The translations under genes and the position numbers were made by a program. Under the pieces are notes generated by a model. It was not told the origin of the DNA. It was given only the letters and a program-made list of their open reading frames with translations, and did no database searches. Of a stretch of DNA of 64,000 nt, positions 22,725 through 32,918 are shown in pieces (positions within the stretch are counted from its first letter, which is position 1; each line of letters starts with the position of its first letter). The stretch is from an uncultured Gemmatimonadales bacterium. GTDB taxonomy: Bacteria; Gemmatimonadota; Gemmatimonadetes; Longimicrobiales; Gaopeijiaceae. The DNA lies in contig CAWELD010000003.1 in assembly GCA_963809895.1 (NCBI GenBank), forward strand, positions 2,592,001 through 2,656,000, written 5' to 3'.

Positions 22725-23063
22725 GTGGATGACACCCTGCCGCTGCACCCCCTCGAGTTCCGCATCCTCCTCAGCCTGGTGGACGGACCCAGTCACGGGT
22801 ACCGGATCGTGAAGGCTATCGAGGCCCGCGAAGAAGGGCGCATGCGCATCTATCCGGCCAACCTCTATCGGCGCATCCGCGACCTGCTGACCCGGGGCTG
22901 GATCGAGGAGACCGAGGCACCGCCCGGCGAGACCGATCCCGACCCACGGCGCACCTACGTGCGGATCACCGCCCGGGGCCGGGAGGTGGCCCGCGCCGAA
23001 GCCCGCCGCCTCGACGAGCTGGTGGCGGATGCCCGCGCCCGGGACCTGCTGGGCTCGACCTGA
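22725..23063 (+). CDS. PadR family transcriptional regulator
   Basis: AAGGAG RBS; ILLSL.DGPSHGYRI, LYR, RRTYVRITARG. Confidence 0.9.
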   Translation: MDDTLPLHPLEFRILLSLVDGPSHGYRIVKAIEAREEGRMRIYPANLYRRIRDLLTRGWIEETEAPPGETDPDPRRTYVRITARGREVARAEARRLDELVADARARDLLGST

Positions 23064-25615
23064 TGATCCGGTTGTATCGACTCCTGCTCCGCCTTCTTCC
23101 GGGGGATCTGCGCACGCGGTTCGGCGAGGAGATGGAGAGGGATGTGCGGGCGCGCCTCGCCGATCCTTCGGTAGGCCGCGGGCGGCAGGCGCTCCGCTTC
23201 GCTGCCGCGGCCCTGGACGTGGTCCGCACGACCGTGGGGCTCCGGGCACGGGCCCTGGGCCAGCACGCATCGGCGCTGGACGCGGCCCGCGTCACGCTCC
23301 GCCACGCGCTGCGCTCCCTGCTCCGGCGCCCCCTGCTCGCGGTGGGATCCGTGGGGACCCTGGGACTGGCGCTGGCCCTCACCCTGGTGGCGTTCACCGT
23401 TCTGGACGGTGCATTGCTGCGACCCCTGCCGTATCCTGCGGCCGACCGGCTGGCCCTCGTCAACGGCGCCGCCAGCAACGCCGACCAGGTGGCGGCGTGG
23501 CCGGCACGGCTGCCGGGAGTGGAGAAGGCCGCGGCCTGGAGTCTCGACCAGACGGTGGTGGCGGCGCCCGACGGGGCCCGGGAGGCGGGCGTGTTGGCGG
23601 TGGACCGGGCCTTCGCCGACCTGGTGGCGCTGCCCGTCGAGGAGGGACGCTCCTTCGCCGACGACGAGTGGCGGGGCGGCGCGCCGGTGGTGATGGTCAC
23701 CCGGCGCCTGTGGCGGTCCGTGTACGGCGAGGCCCCGCTGCAGGCGCAGTCGTTGGAGCTGGACGGCGTGGACCGCCAGGTGGTGGGGATCGTTCCCGAC
23801 GACTTCACCTTCTTCCGCTATCAGGGGCGCGACGTCATCCGGCCGCTGACCGGGGAGCTCGCCGCCGGACCGGTGCCGGCGCTGGTGCGGCTGGCGCCGG
23901 GCGCGGCGCTGGAGCCGGCCCGGGCGGCGCTGGAGGCTTCGGCGCCCCAGGGCCGGCGGGTGACGGTCCACCTGCTTGCGGACACGCTCCGCGAGGAGCT
24001 GCGCGGCCCCCTGTGGGTGCTCCTGGCCGCGGGCGGCCTGGTCCTCATGATCGCCGCGGCCAACGTGGGCTCGCTGGCCCTGGCCCGTGACGTGGAGCGC
24101 CAGCCCGAGCTCGCCGTGCGTCAGGCCCTGGGCGCCGGCCGTGGCCGCATCACGGGACAGATCGTCGCCGAAGGCGCCCTGCTCGCCGTGGCCGGAGGAG
24201 CGCTGGGACTGGCGCTGGCCGGCCCCGTGCGCCGCCTCCTCCTTCAGGCCACGCCGGGCTTCATCCCGTCGGTGCTGAACGCGGACCCGGGGCTGCGCGC
24301 TCCGCTGGCCACTCTCGGCGGCGTGCTGCTGGCGACCACGCTCACCGGACTGCTGCCGGCACTGGTGCAGGCCAGGCGGGGCGAGGCCCGTCTGCGCCCG
24401 GGGCTGGACCACGACGGGCGTCGCGCCGGGCGCTGGATGAACGGACTGGTCGTAGCCGAGGCCGCCTTCGCCACCGGCCTGGTTGTGGGGGCGGTCCTGT
24501 TGCTTCGCACCTTCGTGGCCGTGCGGCCCACCCATCCGGGCTTCGCCGTACGGGACCGGGTGGCGGTGGAGGTGTCGCTTCCGGCGCGCCTGTATTCCGA
24601 TCCCGACCGGGTTCGGGACTTCGGCCGTCGACTCCTTGCCGCCGCTGCCGCGCTGCCGGGGCAGCCGAGCTCGGCGCTCGTGGACTTCCTGCCCCTGTCG
24701 GGCGTGAGCGCCTACGTGCCGGTGGCCACGGCGGAGGCCGCTCCCGACGCTCGCCCGCGCATGGCCCATCACCGGGCCGCATCGCCGGGCTATCTGGCGC
24801 TGATGGAGATGCCGCTGGTCCGCGGCCGTGGTCTCGAGACCGGCGACGTGGCGGGCGCACCGACGGTGGCGGTGGTGAACGAGAGTGCCGCCAGGGCCCT
24901 GTGGCCCGACGGGTCCGAGCCCGTCGGCCGCACGCTGGAGCTGGAGATCGACGGCGCGCCGCGGACCTTCTCGGTGGTGGGCGTAGTGGCGGACGCCCGC
25001 TTCTTCGGGCCCGGCAACCGGGCACAGCCCGAGGTCTTCACCTCGTTCTCGCAGACCCCGGACCGGACCGTGAATCTGGTGCTGCTGAGGGGCTCGGCGC
25101 CGCTGCCCTCGGAGGCCGACCTGCGGGCGGCCATCCGGAGCGTGGATCCCCGCGTGCCGGTGACGGCAGTCGAATCGCTGAGCGCGGTGGCGGCCCACAC
25201 CACGGTGGTGCCCCGCTTCCAGCTCACGCTGCTGGGGGTGCTCGCCGGCGCCGGACTGCTCCTGAGCGCCCTCGGCACCTTCTCGGTGCTGGCATACCGG
25301 GTGCGGCGCCTGCGCCGGGAGATCGGCATCCGCAAGGCGCTGGGCTGCCCGCCGGGCCGGCTGGTATCCTCCCTCATGGGACGCTCCGTGGCCGTCGGGC
25401 TGGCAGGAGCGGTGGCGGGTGGCCTCGCCACCTGGATCGCCGGGGGATGGCTGGGCAGCCGCCTCTTCCTGTACGGCGTGGAGCCGCGCGACGCCGGCCC
25501 GTACCTGGCCGCCGCGGCCGTGATGATCACCATCCTCGCGCTGGGCTCGCTGGCGCCCTGCCTACACGCGTGGCGCATGGATGCGGCAGTGAACCTCACG
25601 GACGAGCGGGCTTGA
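23063..25615 (+). CDS. ADOP-type duplicated ABC permease (MacB/FtsX), no ATPase
   Basis: LLRPLPYP..DRL; two FtsX repeats (ELAVRQALGA, EIGIRKALG); follows PadR. Confidence 0.88.
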   Translation: MIRLYRLLLRLLPGDLRTRFGEEMERDVRARLADPSVGRGRQALRFAAAALDVVRTTVGLRARALGQHASALDAARVTLRHALRSLLRRPLLAVGSVGTLGLALALTLVAFTVLDGALLRPLPYPAADRLALVNGAASNADQVAAWPARLPGVEKAAAWSLDQTVVAAPDGAREAGVLAVDRAFADLVALPVEEGRSFADDEWRGGAPVVMVTRRLWRSVYGEAPLQAQSLELDGVDRQVVGIVPDDFTFFRYQGRDVIRPLTGELAAGPVPALVRLAPGAALEPARAALEASAPQGRRVTVHLLADTLREELRGPLWVLLAAGGLVLMIAAANVGSLALARDVERQPELAVRQALGAGRGRITGQIVAEGALLAVAGGALGLALAGPVRRLLLQATPGFIPSVLNADPGLRAPLATLGGVLLATTLTGLLPALVQARRGEARLRPGLDHDGRRAGRWMNGLVVAEAAFATGLVVGAVLLLRTFVAVRPTHPGFAVRDRVAVEVSLPARLYSDPDRVRDFGRRLLAAAAALPGQPSSALVDFLPLSGVSAYVPVATAEAAPDARPRMAHHRAASPGYLALMEMPLVRGRGLETGDVAGAPTVAVVNESAARALWPDGSEPVGRTLELEIDGAPRTFSVVGVVADARFFGPGNRAQPEVFTSFSQTPDRTVNLVLLRGSAPLPSEADLRAAIRSVDPRVPVTAVESLSAVAAHTTVVPRFQLTLLGVLAGAGLLLSALGTFSVLAYRVRRLRREIGIRKALGCPPGRLVSSLMGRSVAVGLAGAVAGGLATWIAGGWLGSRLFLYGVEPRDAGPYLAAAAVMITILALGSLAPCLHAWRMDAAVNLTDERA

Positions 25616-28248
25616 TGCTGTTGTACCGCGTGCTCCTTCGCCTGCTGCCGTCGGAGCTTCGGCGCCGCTTCGGCCCGGAGATGCAAGCCGACCTGCGGCA
25701 CCGGCTGGCGGAAACGAAGGGGGTCGCGGCCCGCCTGCGCGTGGTGGCCGCGGCGTGCGCCGATCTCGTCGCGCAGGCCGTGGCCCTGCGCGGCCGCAGC
25801 GGACGAACCCAGGGAGGATGGACGATGACGGGATGGACGAGGGACGTGCGACTGGCCGTGCGCGGCCTCCGGAGCGCGCCGGGCTTCGCCCTAGCGGCCG
25901 TGACCACGTTGACGCTGGCCATCGGGGGAGCCACCGCGGTCTTCAGCGCCGTGCGCGCCGTGCTCCTGGCGCCCCTGCCCTACGCCGACGCGGACCGCCT
26001 GGTGACTCCGTGGCCCGAGGTGAACGCCAACGCCGCCATGGTCCACCGCATGGCCGACGACATCGACGCCTTCGACGACGTATCGGGCATCTCGTCGTGG
26101 AGCTTCACCCTGGTAGGCGACGGCGATCCCGAGGAGCTGTCGGTGGCCCGCGTCACCGCCAATCACTTCGACGTGCTCGGCGTGCCCCCTCTCCTCGGCC
26201 GCACTTTCCGCCCCGAAGAGGAGGAGTCGGGCCGGGGCGACGTGGCGGTGCTCAGCTACGGGCTCTGGGTGCGCCGCTTCGGCGCCGATCCGGACATCGT
26301 GGGCAAGACCATCGACCTGGCCGGAGCCGATCACGACCGGCGCACCGTGATCGGCGTCATGGGCGAGGATTTCCGCCCGGTCCGGGGCTCTCCGCAGGCG
26401 TGGACCACCATCGAGCTGAAACCCGGCGCCGGCGTCGCTGAAGACGACACCTGGTTCGTGAACTACCGGGTGGCGCGCCTGGCGCCCGGCGCTACGCCCG
26501 AGCAGGCTCGGGAGCAGCTCCAGGCGCTGGCCGTACGCCTTCAGAAGGAGGTCCCCACCGTCCTGGATCAGGACGACGTGCGCACCGTCACGGTGCCTCC
26601 GGTGCGGACGCTGGAGACCGGCGACGTGGCCCCCATCCTGTGGCTCGTGCTCGGTGCGGTGGGTCTGGTCCTGCTCCTGGCGTGCGCCAACGTAGCGAAC
26701 CTCCTGCTGGCACGGGGCCACGCTCGCCAGAAGGATGTGGCCGTCCAGCGCGCGCTTGGCGCGAATCGGGGCCAGATCGCCGCCCGGGTGTTCTCCGAAG
26801 CGGTGCTGATGGGCGTCCTCGGCGTGGCCGGCGGCATCCTGTTCGCGAAGGTGGCGGTGGCCTTGCTGGTGCGCACCGCCCCGGAACTCCTCCCCCGCTC
26901 TGAGTCCATCCACCTGAACGGGCCGGTGCTGGCCTTCGCCCTGGCCATCACCGGAGGCGCCATGGTGCTGTTCGGCGGGCTGCCGGCGTATCGAGCCTCG
27001 CGGGTGTCGGCCACCGAGGGCCTCGCCACCGGCACGCGCAGCGGCGCCCGCCACGGTAGCGGAGGCCTGGCGCGCTGGCTGGTGGCGGTCCAGATGGCGC
27101 TGGCGCTCATCCTCGCGGCCGGAGCCTCGCTCACGCTGCGGAGCCTCCGGACCCTGAGCGACCAGGACCCCGGCTTCCCCGTGGACGGGCTGCTCACCTT
27201 CCGGGTCAGCCCGCCGGCCGATCGCTACAGCGACGTCGAGGCCCACGCGAGCTATTACCGACGGCTCACGGAGCGGCTGGAGGCGGTGCCCGGCGTCACC
27301 CGGGTCGGGGGCATCCAACTCCTCCCGCTCACCGACAGCAACTGGGGCTTCCCCCTCTACTTCGACGACGCACCGCTGGCTGAGGGAGCGAGCCCGCCTT
27401 CGGTGGCGTTCCGGGTCGTCACCCCAGGCTACCTGGAGGCGCTGGGCGTGCCCCTCCTGCAGGGCCGGCTGCCCGAGGCCGGCGACAACGCGGACGCCGC
27501 GCCGGTGACCGTCGTCAACCAGGCGCTGGCCGACCGTTTCTGGCCCGGCCAGGATCCCCTCGGCAAGGAGTTCCACACCCCGTCACCGAGCTCACCAGCG
27601 CTGCGGGTGGTGGGCGTGGTGGGATCGGTCCGGCAATTCGGGCTCGAGCGTGCGCCGCAGGCCGAGCTCTACATTCCCGAGCCGCAGTACGCCTGGGGCT
27701 CCATCGGGCTGTTCATGGTGGCGCGCACCGAGGGCGACGTGGATCCCGCGGCCGCGCTCGCCGCGCTGCGCGACGCCACCTGGGACGTGGACCCCCGCAT
27801 CCCCGTCTCCGACATGCGCCCCATGTCCCGGGTCGTGGGCGACAACCTGGCCCGGGCCCGCTTCCTGGCGATCCTGCTGGCGGGCTTCGGCGTCACCGCC
27901 CTGGTGCTGGGGGCGGTGGGGGTATACGGGGTCACGGCCTTCCACGTGAACCGCCGGCGCTCGGAATTCGGGCTGCGGCAGGCGCTGGGAGCGTCACCGG
28001 AACGGGTCCTGGGTGAAGCCGTGCGCTCGACGATGGTCCCGGTGCTCGTCGGCGGCCTTGCCGGCGTCGCCGGCGTGCTGGCCGCCGGGGGCGTGCTGGC
28101 CAGGGTGCTCTACGAGACCTCACCCCGCGACCTGTCGGCTCTGCTGGCCGCCGCCGCGCTCCTGGGGGCCACCGCGTTGGCCGCCATCGTCGTGCCGGCC
28201 CGCCGGGCGACCCGCCTCGACCCCGGCGAGGTGCTGCGCGACGAGTGA
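25615..28248 (+). CDS. Second ADOP-type duplicated ABC permease
   Basis: ATG overlaps previous TGA; PLPYADADRL, LACANVANLLLARG, EFGLRQALGA, PARRATRLDP..LR. Confidence 0.9.
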   Translation: MLLYRVLLRLLPSELRRRFGPEMQADLRHRLAETKGVAARLRVVAAACADLVAQAVALRGRSGRTQGGWTMTGWTRDVRLAVRGLRSAPGFALAAVTTLTLAIGGATAVFSAVRAVLLAPLPYADADRLVTPWPEVNANAAMVHRMADDIDAFDDVSGISSWSFTLVGDGDPEELSVARVTANHFDVLGVPPLLGRTFRPEEEESGRGDVAVLSYGLWVRRFGADPDIVGKTIDLAGADHDRRTVIGVMGEDFRPVRGSPQAWTTIELKPGAGVAEDDTWFVNYRVARLAPGATPEQAREQLQALAVRLQKEVPTVLDQDDVRTVTVPPVRTLETGDVAPILWLVLGAVGLVLLLACANVANLLLARGHARQKDVAVQRALGANRGQIAARVFSEAVLMGVLGVAGGILFAKVAVALLVRTAPELLPRSESIHLNGPVLAFALAITGGAMVLFGGLPAYRASRVSATEGLATGTRSGARHGSGGLARWLVAVQMALALILAAGASLTLRSLRTLSDQDPGFPVDGLLTFRVSPPADRYSDVEAHASYYRRLTERLEAVPGVTRVGGIQLLPLTDSNWGFPLYFDDAPLAEGASPPSVAFRVVTPGYLEALGVPLLQGRLPEAGDNADAAPVTVVNQALADRFWPGQDPLGKEFHTPSPSSPALRVVGVVGSVRQFGLERAPQAELYIPEPQYAWGSIGLFMVARTEGDVDPAAALAALRDATWDVDPRIPVSDMRPMSRVVGDNLARARFLAILLAGFGVTALVLGAVGVYGVTAFHVNRRRSEFGLRQALGASPERVLGEAVRSTMVPVLVGGLAGVAGVLAAGGVLARVLYETSPRDLSALLAAAALLGATALAAIVVPARRATRLDPGEVLRDE

Positions 28249-28258
28249 GCCGGAGCCC

Positions 28259-29038
28259 TCAGCCCTCGCCGGCGGGTCCCAGGAAGCCACAGCCCTGGAG
28301 GCGCTCGTCGTCCAGCGCCAGCGTCGCCTGCAGGTGGGTCCAGTTGCCGCTCATGGAGTCCTGGCAGCCACCGATGGCCAGGGTCAGGGTGAGGGTCTGG
28401 CCCGCGTCGGAAGCACCCTCGATCATCCATCCCTCGGGCGAAGGCCGGAGCCCCTGCGTGCTGAAGGTCCGGGGGCTGCCCTCGGGGGTGGTGAGCACGG
28501 CGCTGCCGCCCCGCACCTCCAGGTGCCAGAAGGGCTCGTTGCCGCTGGCCTCGGCCACCAGGTCGTCGTCATCCTCGTCGCAGCTCCATCCCAGGTAGGC
28601 GACGCGGCGCAGCTCGAGCACGTCCACCGTGCCCGCCAGCGAGGCGCCGGGTCCGGTCCCGGGCGGGGGACCGCCGGCGGCCAGCATGTCCACGAAGACC
28701 GACTCGAAGGGCTCCTGGCCCGGCGTGAGCTGCTCGTGCAGCTCCATGAGCTCCTGGACCGCCGGCCCGTCGAGCCAGTACTCCGGACCGCCGGCGCACG
28801 CCTGGAAGTCCCGGCGGTCCTGGCCGATGACCGCGACGCCGGTGACCCGCACGATGTCGCCGCTGGCCAGGGGATCCAGGCTGTCGGCCACGGGAGCCGC
28901 GGCCTCGGCGGGGGCTTGATCGCCGGCTTCCGCAGGGGGATTGGACCCCTCCCCGCCGCAGCCCGCCACCGCGAGCGCCAATGCCAACGGCGCCAGCGAC
29001 GCCGGTAGCCCGCCCGCCGCCCGACGCGCCCTGTGCAT
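28259..29038 (-). CDS. Lipoprotein with COG3650-like domain
   Basis: Lipobox VAGC; GNEPFW, CQDSMSG, GC motifs. Confidence 0.75.
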   Translation of the reverse strand: MHRARRAAGGLPASLAPLALALAVAGCGGEGSNPPAEAGDQAPAEAAAPVADSLDPLASGDIVRVTGVAVIGQDRRDFQACAGGPEYWLDGPAVQELMELHEQLTPGQEPFESVFVDMLAAGGPPPGTGPGASLAGTVDVLELRRVAYLGWSCDEDDDDLVAEASGNEPFWHLEVRGGSAVLTTPEGSPRTFSTQGLRPSPEGWMIEGASDAGQTLTLTLAIGGCQDSMSGNWTHLQATLALDDERLQGCGFLGPAGEG

Positions 29039-30477
29039 CAGTTCACCGTCCGGTAGCCGCGGGCCTGCAGCACCGCGCGCGCCGTCATGGCCGACAGCGC
29101 AAGCGTCACCCCCGGGATCAGCTCGTCGCCCGGCAATCCCCGGGACATGGCGGTCTGACCGCACAGATAGAACTCCACGCCCGCGCCCAGGAGCGCCTGC
29201 ACCAGCCCGGAGTTGGGATTGTCGTGCTGATAGCGGGCCCGGTAGGGGGCGTCCGCCAGCAGGTTCCGGCCCGCCGGGCCGTGCATCACCACCGCCACGT
29301 GCATGCGGTCCAGGGCCACGCCGGCCCGGGCGTGCATGTTGAGGAAGCGCGCCACCGTGTTCAGCTCCGGGTTCACCCCCGCGTCGGCCTCGGGCGTGTT
29401 CGCGATCTCGAAGAGGACCCGGTAGTCCATGTCGGTGGGGGCCGGCAGCTCCAGCCCTTCCACGTCGTACACGGCGCCCCAAGGCTCGATGACCGGGCCA
29501 GGCGTGGCCGGGCCCAGCGGGTGTTCCTGGGGACTCCGGATCGGCGACGGCGACGAGCCGACAGGATCGGCGGCCTCGACGCCTGCCGGCGCGGCACCGT
29601 CCCAGGGTTTCTTCTCCACCACGCCCAGCGGGCGAAAGGTGGTGCCCGGCCGGGAGGCCTCTCTGGACGCCAGGTCGAAGCGGTCGCCGGGCATGAGAAA
29701 ATAGAAGCGCCCGCCGTTCTCCATCTGCGCGCCGTGGTCGTAGATGGCCACATAGCCCTGGCCCATGACCTGAGCTCGGTCGCCCTGCACCACGATGGCG
29801 GTGTTCTCGTCCAGACCGATCCCCAGCAGGTCGGGGTGGGCTTCGACGAGGCTCACCATGTCGAAGTGGCGGTTGCGCACCAGCAGGTGCTGATCGATGG
29901 CCGTGCCCCGGAGATACCCGAAGCCGACTTCGTGATCGCCCATGATCACCGTATTGGTCTCGGTGTCGCCCCGGGCCAGGTAGGAGCCCTGGATCGACGC
30001 CCCCGCCGACGACCCGCCGATGACCCCGCCCCGGTCCAGCACCGCCCGGATCGCCCGCTCGGTGCGGGTGCCGGCGTAGGCATCCACCAGGCGCCACTGG
30101 CGTCCGCCCCCGAACCAGACGCCCCGGGCCCGGGTGAGGGGCTCCACGAAGGCCTCGGTGTTGGCCACCTCGGGGTCGTAGGAGTGGAGCACGGTGACGT
30201 CTGTGGCGCCGGCGTCCTTCAGGAAGCGCGCACACGAGCAGAACTGATCGTAGTCGGCGTCGTCGCCGCCCCCGGCCGTGGGGATCAGGACGATGGGCGC
30301 GTCGGGCCCGCCGGCCAGATCGATGAAGCGCTGGATGATCTCGGGATCGTGCAGGTTGCCGCCCACCACCACGAGGCTCCCGTTTGCCGGGCCGACCTCC
30401 TGCGCCGCGAGCGGGCGGGCGGCGGCCAGCGCGAGCACGGCGCCGGCGGCGATTCCCAGGGCGCGTATCCTGGACAT
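29038..30477 (-). CDS. Secreted cyanophycinase (peptidase S51) fused to DsrE-like domain
   Basis: Signal peptide; IPTA, GGRQ, GGSSAGA nucleophile, IDQH..RNR, GLDENT; C-terminal VARFLNMH..VMHG..LCGQ. Confidence 0.85.
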   Translation of the reverse strand: MSRIRALGIAAGAVLALAAARPLAAQEVGPANGSLVVVGGNLHDPEIIQRFIDLAGGPDAPIVLIPTAGGGDDADYDQFCSCARFLKDAGATDVTVLHSYDPEVANTEAFVEPLTRARGVWFGGGRQWRLVDAYAGTRTERAIRAVLDRGGVIGGSSAGASIQGSYLARGDTETNTVIMGDHEVGFGYLRGTAIDQHLLVRNRHFDMVSLVEAHPDLLGIGLDENTAIVVQGDRAQVMGQGYVAIYDHGAQMENGGRFYFLMPGDRFDLASREASRPGTTFRPLGVVEKKPWDGAAPAGVEAADPVGSSPSPIRSPQEHPLGPATPGPVIEPWGAVYDVEGLELPAPTDMDYRVLFEIANTPEADAGVNPELNTVARFLNMHARAGVALDRMHVAVVMHGPAGRNLLADAPYRARYQHDNPNSGLVQALLGAGVEFYLCGQTAMSRGLPGDELIPGVTLALSAMTARAVLQARGYRTVN

Positions 30478-30567
30478 GTCTCCTCTCCTCGTGGCGGATC
30501 GTTTCCGGGATGGCCAACTTCACCCGTCGCCCCGTGGGGCGGCAAGCACCCGCAGCCGAGCTCGCGC

Positions 30568-31143
30568 ATGCGCTACGTCATCGCCGTCTTCCTCGTCGCC
30601 ACCTTCCCGCCGGCCATCCTGTGGTGGTACGTGGTGCATCCCTTCGCCGGCTTCTGGCGGCGCCTGGGGGCACGCACGACCATCTGGATCATGGGGGTGG
30701 GCTCCGTGGTGATGATCGCGATCCTCGTGTACCACCGTCGCCGGCTCGTCTTCGGGGACCTGGGCTTCTCAGTGCCGTTGCTGGTAGGCGGACTGGCCCT
30801 GTGGGGGATGAGCATCGTCCTGGACCAGGCGAGCCGCCGGCATCTGACGCGCCGCATCCTGGCCGGCGTGCCCGAGCTGTCCGAGGGCGAGGAGGGGGTA
30901 CTGCTGCAGGAGGGGGTCTACAGCCGGATCCGGCATCCCCGCTACGTCGCCGTCGCCATCGGACTGGTGGGGCTCGCCCTGGTGGCGAACTACCGCTCTC
31001 TGTACTGGATCACGGGCGTGATGCTGGTGGCCCTGGCGGGCATCACGGTGGTGGAGGAGCGCGAGCTGCGGGAGCGCTTCGGCCAGGCGTACGTGGACTA
31101 CGCCCGCCACGTGCCCCGCTTCATTCCGCGGCTGCGGCGCTGA
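30568..31143 (+). CDS. Isoprenylcysteine carboxyl methyltransferase / PEMT-family membrane protein
   Basis: GVYSRIRHPRY, EERELRERFGQAYVDY..VPRFIP. Confidence 0.85.
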   Translation: MRYVIAVFLVATFPPAILWWYVVHPFAGFWRRLGARTTIWIMGVGSVVMIAILVYHRRRLVFGDLGFSVPLLVGGLALWGMSIVLDQASRRHLTRRILAGVPELSEGEEGVLLQEGVYSRIRHPRYVAVAIGLVGLALVANYRSLYWITGVMLVALAGITVVEERELRERFGQAYVDYARHVPRFIPRLRR

Positions 31144-31156
31144 ATCCCGGAACGAC

Positions 31157-31187
31157 GGCGGGCCCCGGGAAGCCCCCGGAGCCCGCC
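31157..31187. terminator. GC-rich hairpin between convergent genes
   Basis: GGCGGGC...GCCCGCC arms with inner CCGGG/CCCGG; no U-tract. Confidence 0.4.
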
Positions 31188-31212
31188 TCACGTCACGGCA
31201 CCGCGCTCGCCG

Positions 31213-32877
31213 TCAGAAGAGCCCGACCACCTGCCCGTCCACCACGCCCATGTTCGCCGCGGCCGGCTTGGCGGCCAGCCCGGGCATGGTCATGACGTCG
31301 CCGGTCTTCACGACCACGAAGCCGGCGCCCGCCGACGGCGTGACGTCGCGCACCGTGATGCGGAAGCCGGTGGGCCGGCCCAGGAGCGCGGGATTGTCCG
31401 AGAAGGAGTACTGGGTCTTGGCGATGCACACCGGCACGTCCCGGAGCCCGATCTGCTCCAGGCGGGCGATCTGCTTCTCCGCCGCCGGCAGGTAGTCGAC
31501 CCCGTCGGCGCCGTAGATCTCCCGGGCCACGGTGTCGATTTTGTCGACCAACGGGGCATCGACGCCGTAGAGCGGGCGGTAGTCGGCCTCGCCGGAGTCC
31601 AGGATGTCCTGCACGGCATCGGCCAGCTCCAGGCAGCCCTCGCCGCCACCACCCCAGGGATCGGCCTCCACGGCCGCCGCGCCCATCTCGCGGCAGCCGT
31701 CCAGCACCGCCTGCACCTCGGCTTCCGAATCGCTGGCGAAGCGGTTCAGCGCCACCACCGGTGGCACCCCGAACTTGCGCACGTTCTCGATGTGCGCCTT
31801 CAGGTTCGCGAAGCCCCGCTTGACGGCGTCCACGTTCTCGGGGCCCAGGGCGTCCTTGGCGACGCCGCCGTTCATCTTGAGCGCCCGCACCGTGGCCACG
31901 ATCACCGCCGCACCGGGCTCCAGATCGCCAAAGCGGCACTTGATGTCGAAGAACTTCTCGGCGCCCAGGTCGGCGCCGAAGCCCGCCTCGGTGACCACCA
32001 CGTCGCCCAGCGACAGGCCGGCGCGGGTGGCCGAGAGCGAGTTGCAGCCGTGGGCGATGTTGGCGAAGGGTCCGCCGTGCACGAAGGCCGGCGTGCCGCC
32101 CAGTGTCTGCACCAGGTTGGGATTGACCGCGTCCTTGAGCAGCACGGTCATGGCGCCGGTGGCCTCGAGGCCCTTGGCCCGCACGGCCTCACCGTCCTTG
32201 GAGTAGCCCACGATGATGCGCTCCAGCCGGGCGTTCAGGTCGTCGAGGCCGTCGGCCAGGCAGAAGATCGCCATGATCTCCGAGGCCGCCGTGATGACGA
32301 AGTTGTCTTGCCGGGGCACGCCGCCGGTGCGACCTCCCAGCCCCACCACCACGGAGCGGAGCGCCCGGTCGTTCATGTCCACGGCCCGGGGCCAGGTGAT
32401 CTGGGTGGGATCCAGATTCAGCGAGTTGGGCCGGTACATGTGGTTGTCCAGCATGGCCGACAGCAGCGCGTGGGCCGAGGTGATGGCATGGAGATCCCCC
32501 GTGAAATGCAGGTTGATCTCCTCCATGGGCACGACCTGTGACCAGCCGCCCCCGGCGGCGCCGCCCTTGATGCCGAAGACCGGGCCCAGCGACGGCTCCC
32601 GCAGGCACAGCACGGGATTGCGCTCCCGCAGCGTCATGGCGTCGGCCAGCCCCACGGCCACCGTGGACTTGCCCTCGCCGGCGGCGGTGGGATTGACGCC
32701 TGTGACCAGAACCAGCCGGCCACGCTTGCCCCCCTTCTCCTGCGCCACATCCAGGGGCACCTTGGCCTTGTAGTGGCCGAAGGGCACGATGTCCGCGGCG
32801 TCGAGGCCGACGCGCGCGGCGATCTCCTGGATGGGCTTCAGGGTCGCCCCCTGGGCAATCTCGATATCACTCTTCAT
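31213..32877 (-). CDS. fhs: Formate--tetrahydrofolate ligase
   Basis: MKSDIEIAQ, GEGKST, KGGAAGGG, HGGPFANIAHG, TEAGFGADLGAEKF. Confidence 0.97.
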   Translation of the reverse strand: MKSDIEIAQGATLKPIQEIAARVGLDAADIVPFGHYKAKVPLDVAQEKGGKRGRLVLVTGVNPTAAGEGKSTVAVGLADAMTLRERNPVLCLREPSLGPVFGIKGGAAGGGWSQVVPMEEINLHFTGDLHAITSAHALLSAMLDNHMYRPNSLNLDPTQITWPRAVDMNDRALRSVVVGLGGRTGGVPRQDNFVITAASEIMAIFCLADGLDDLNARLERIIVGYSKDGEAVRAKGLEATGAMTVLLKDAVNPNLVQTLGGTPAFVHGGPFANIAHGCNSLSATRAGLSLGDVVVTEAGFGADLGAEKFFDIKCRFGDLEPGAAVIVATVRALKMNGGVAKDALGPENVDAVKRGFANLKAHIENVRKFGVPPVVALNRFASDSEAEVQAVLDGCREMGAAAVEADPWGGGGEGCLELADAVQDILDSGEADYRPLYGVDAPLVDKIDTVAREIYGADGVDYLPAAEKQIARLEQIGLRDVPVCIAKTQYSFSDNPALLGRPTGFRITVRDVTPSAGAGFVVVKTGDVMTMPGLAAKPAAANMGVVDGQVVGLF

Positions 32878-32918
32878 GCTGTGGTCCTTTGCGGTGTGGA
32901 GACGGTCGCGCTGCGGGG

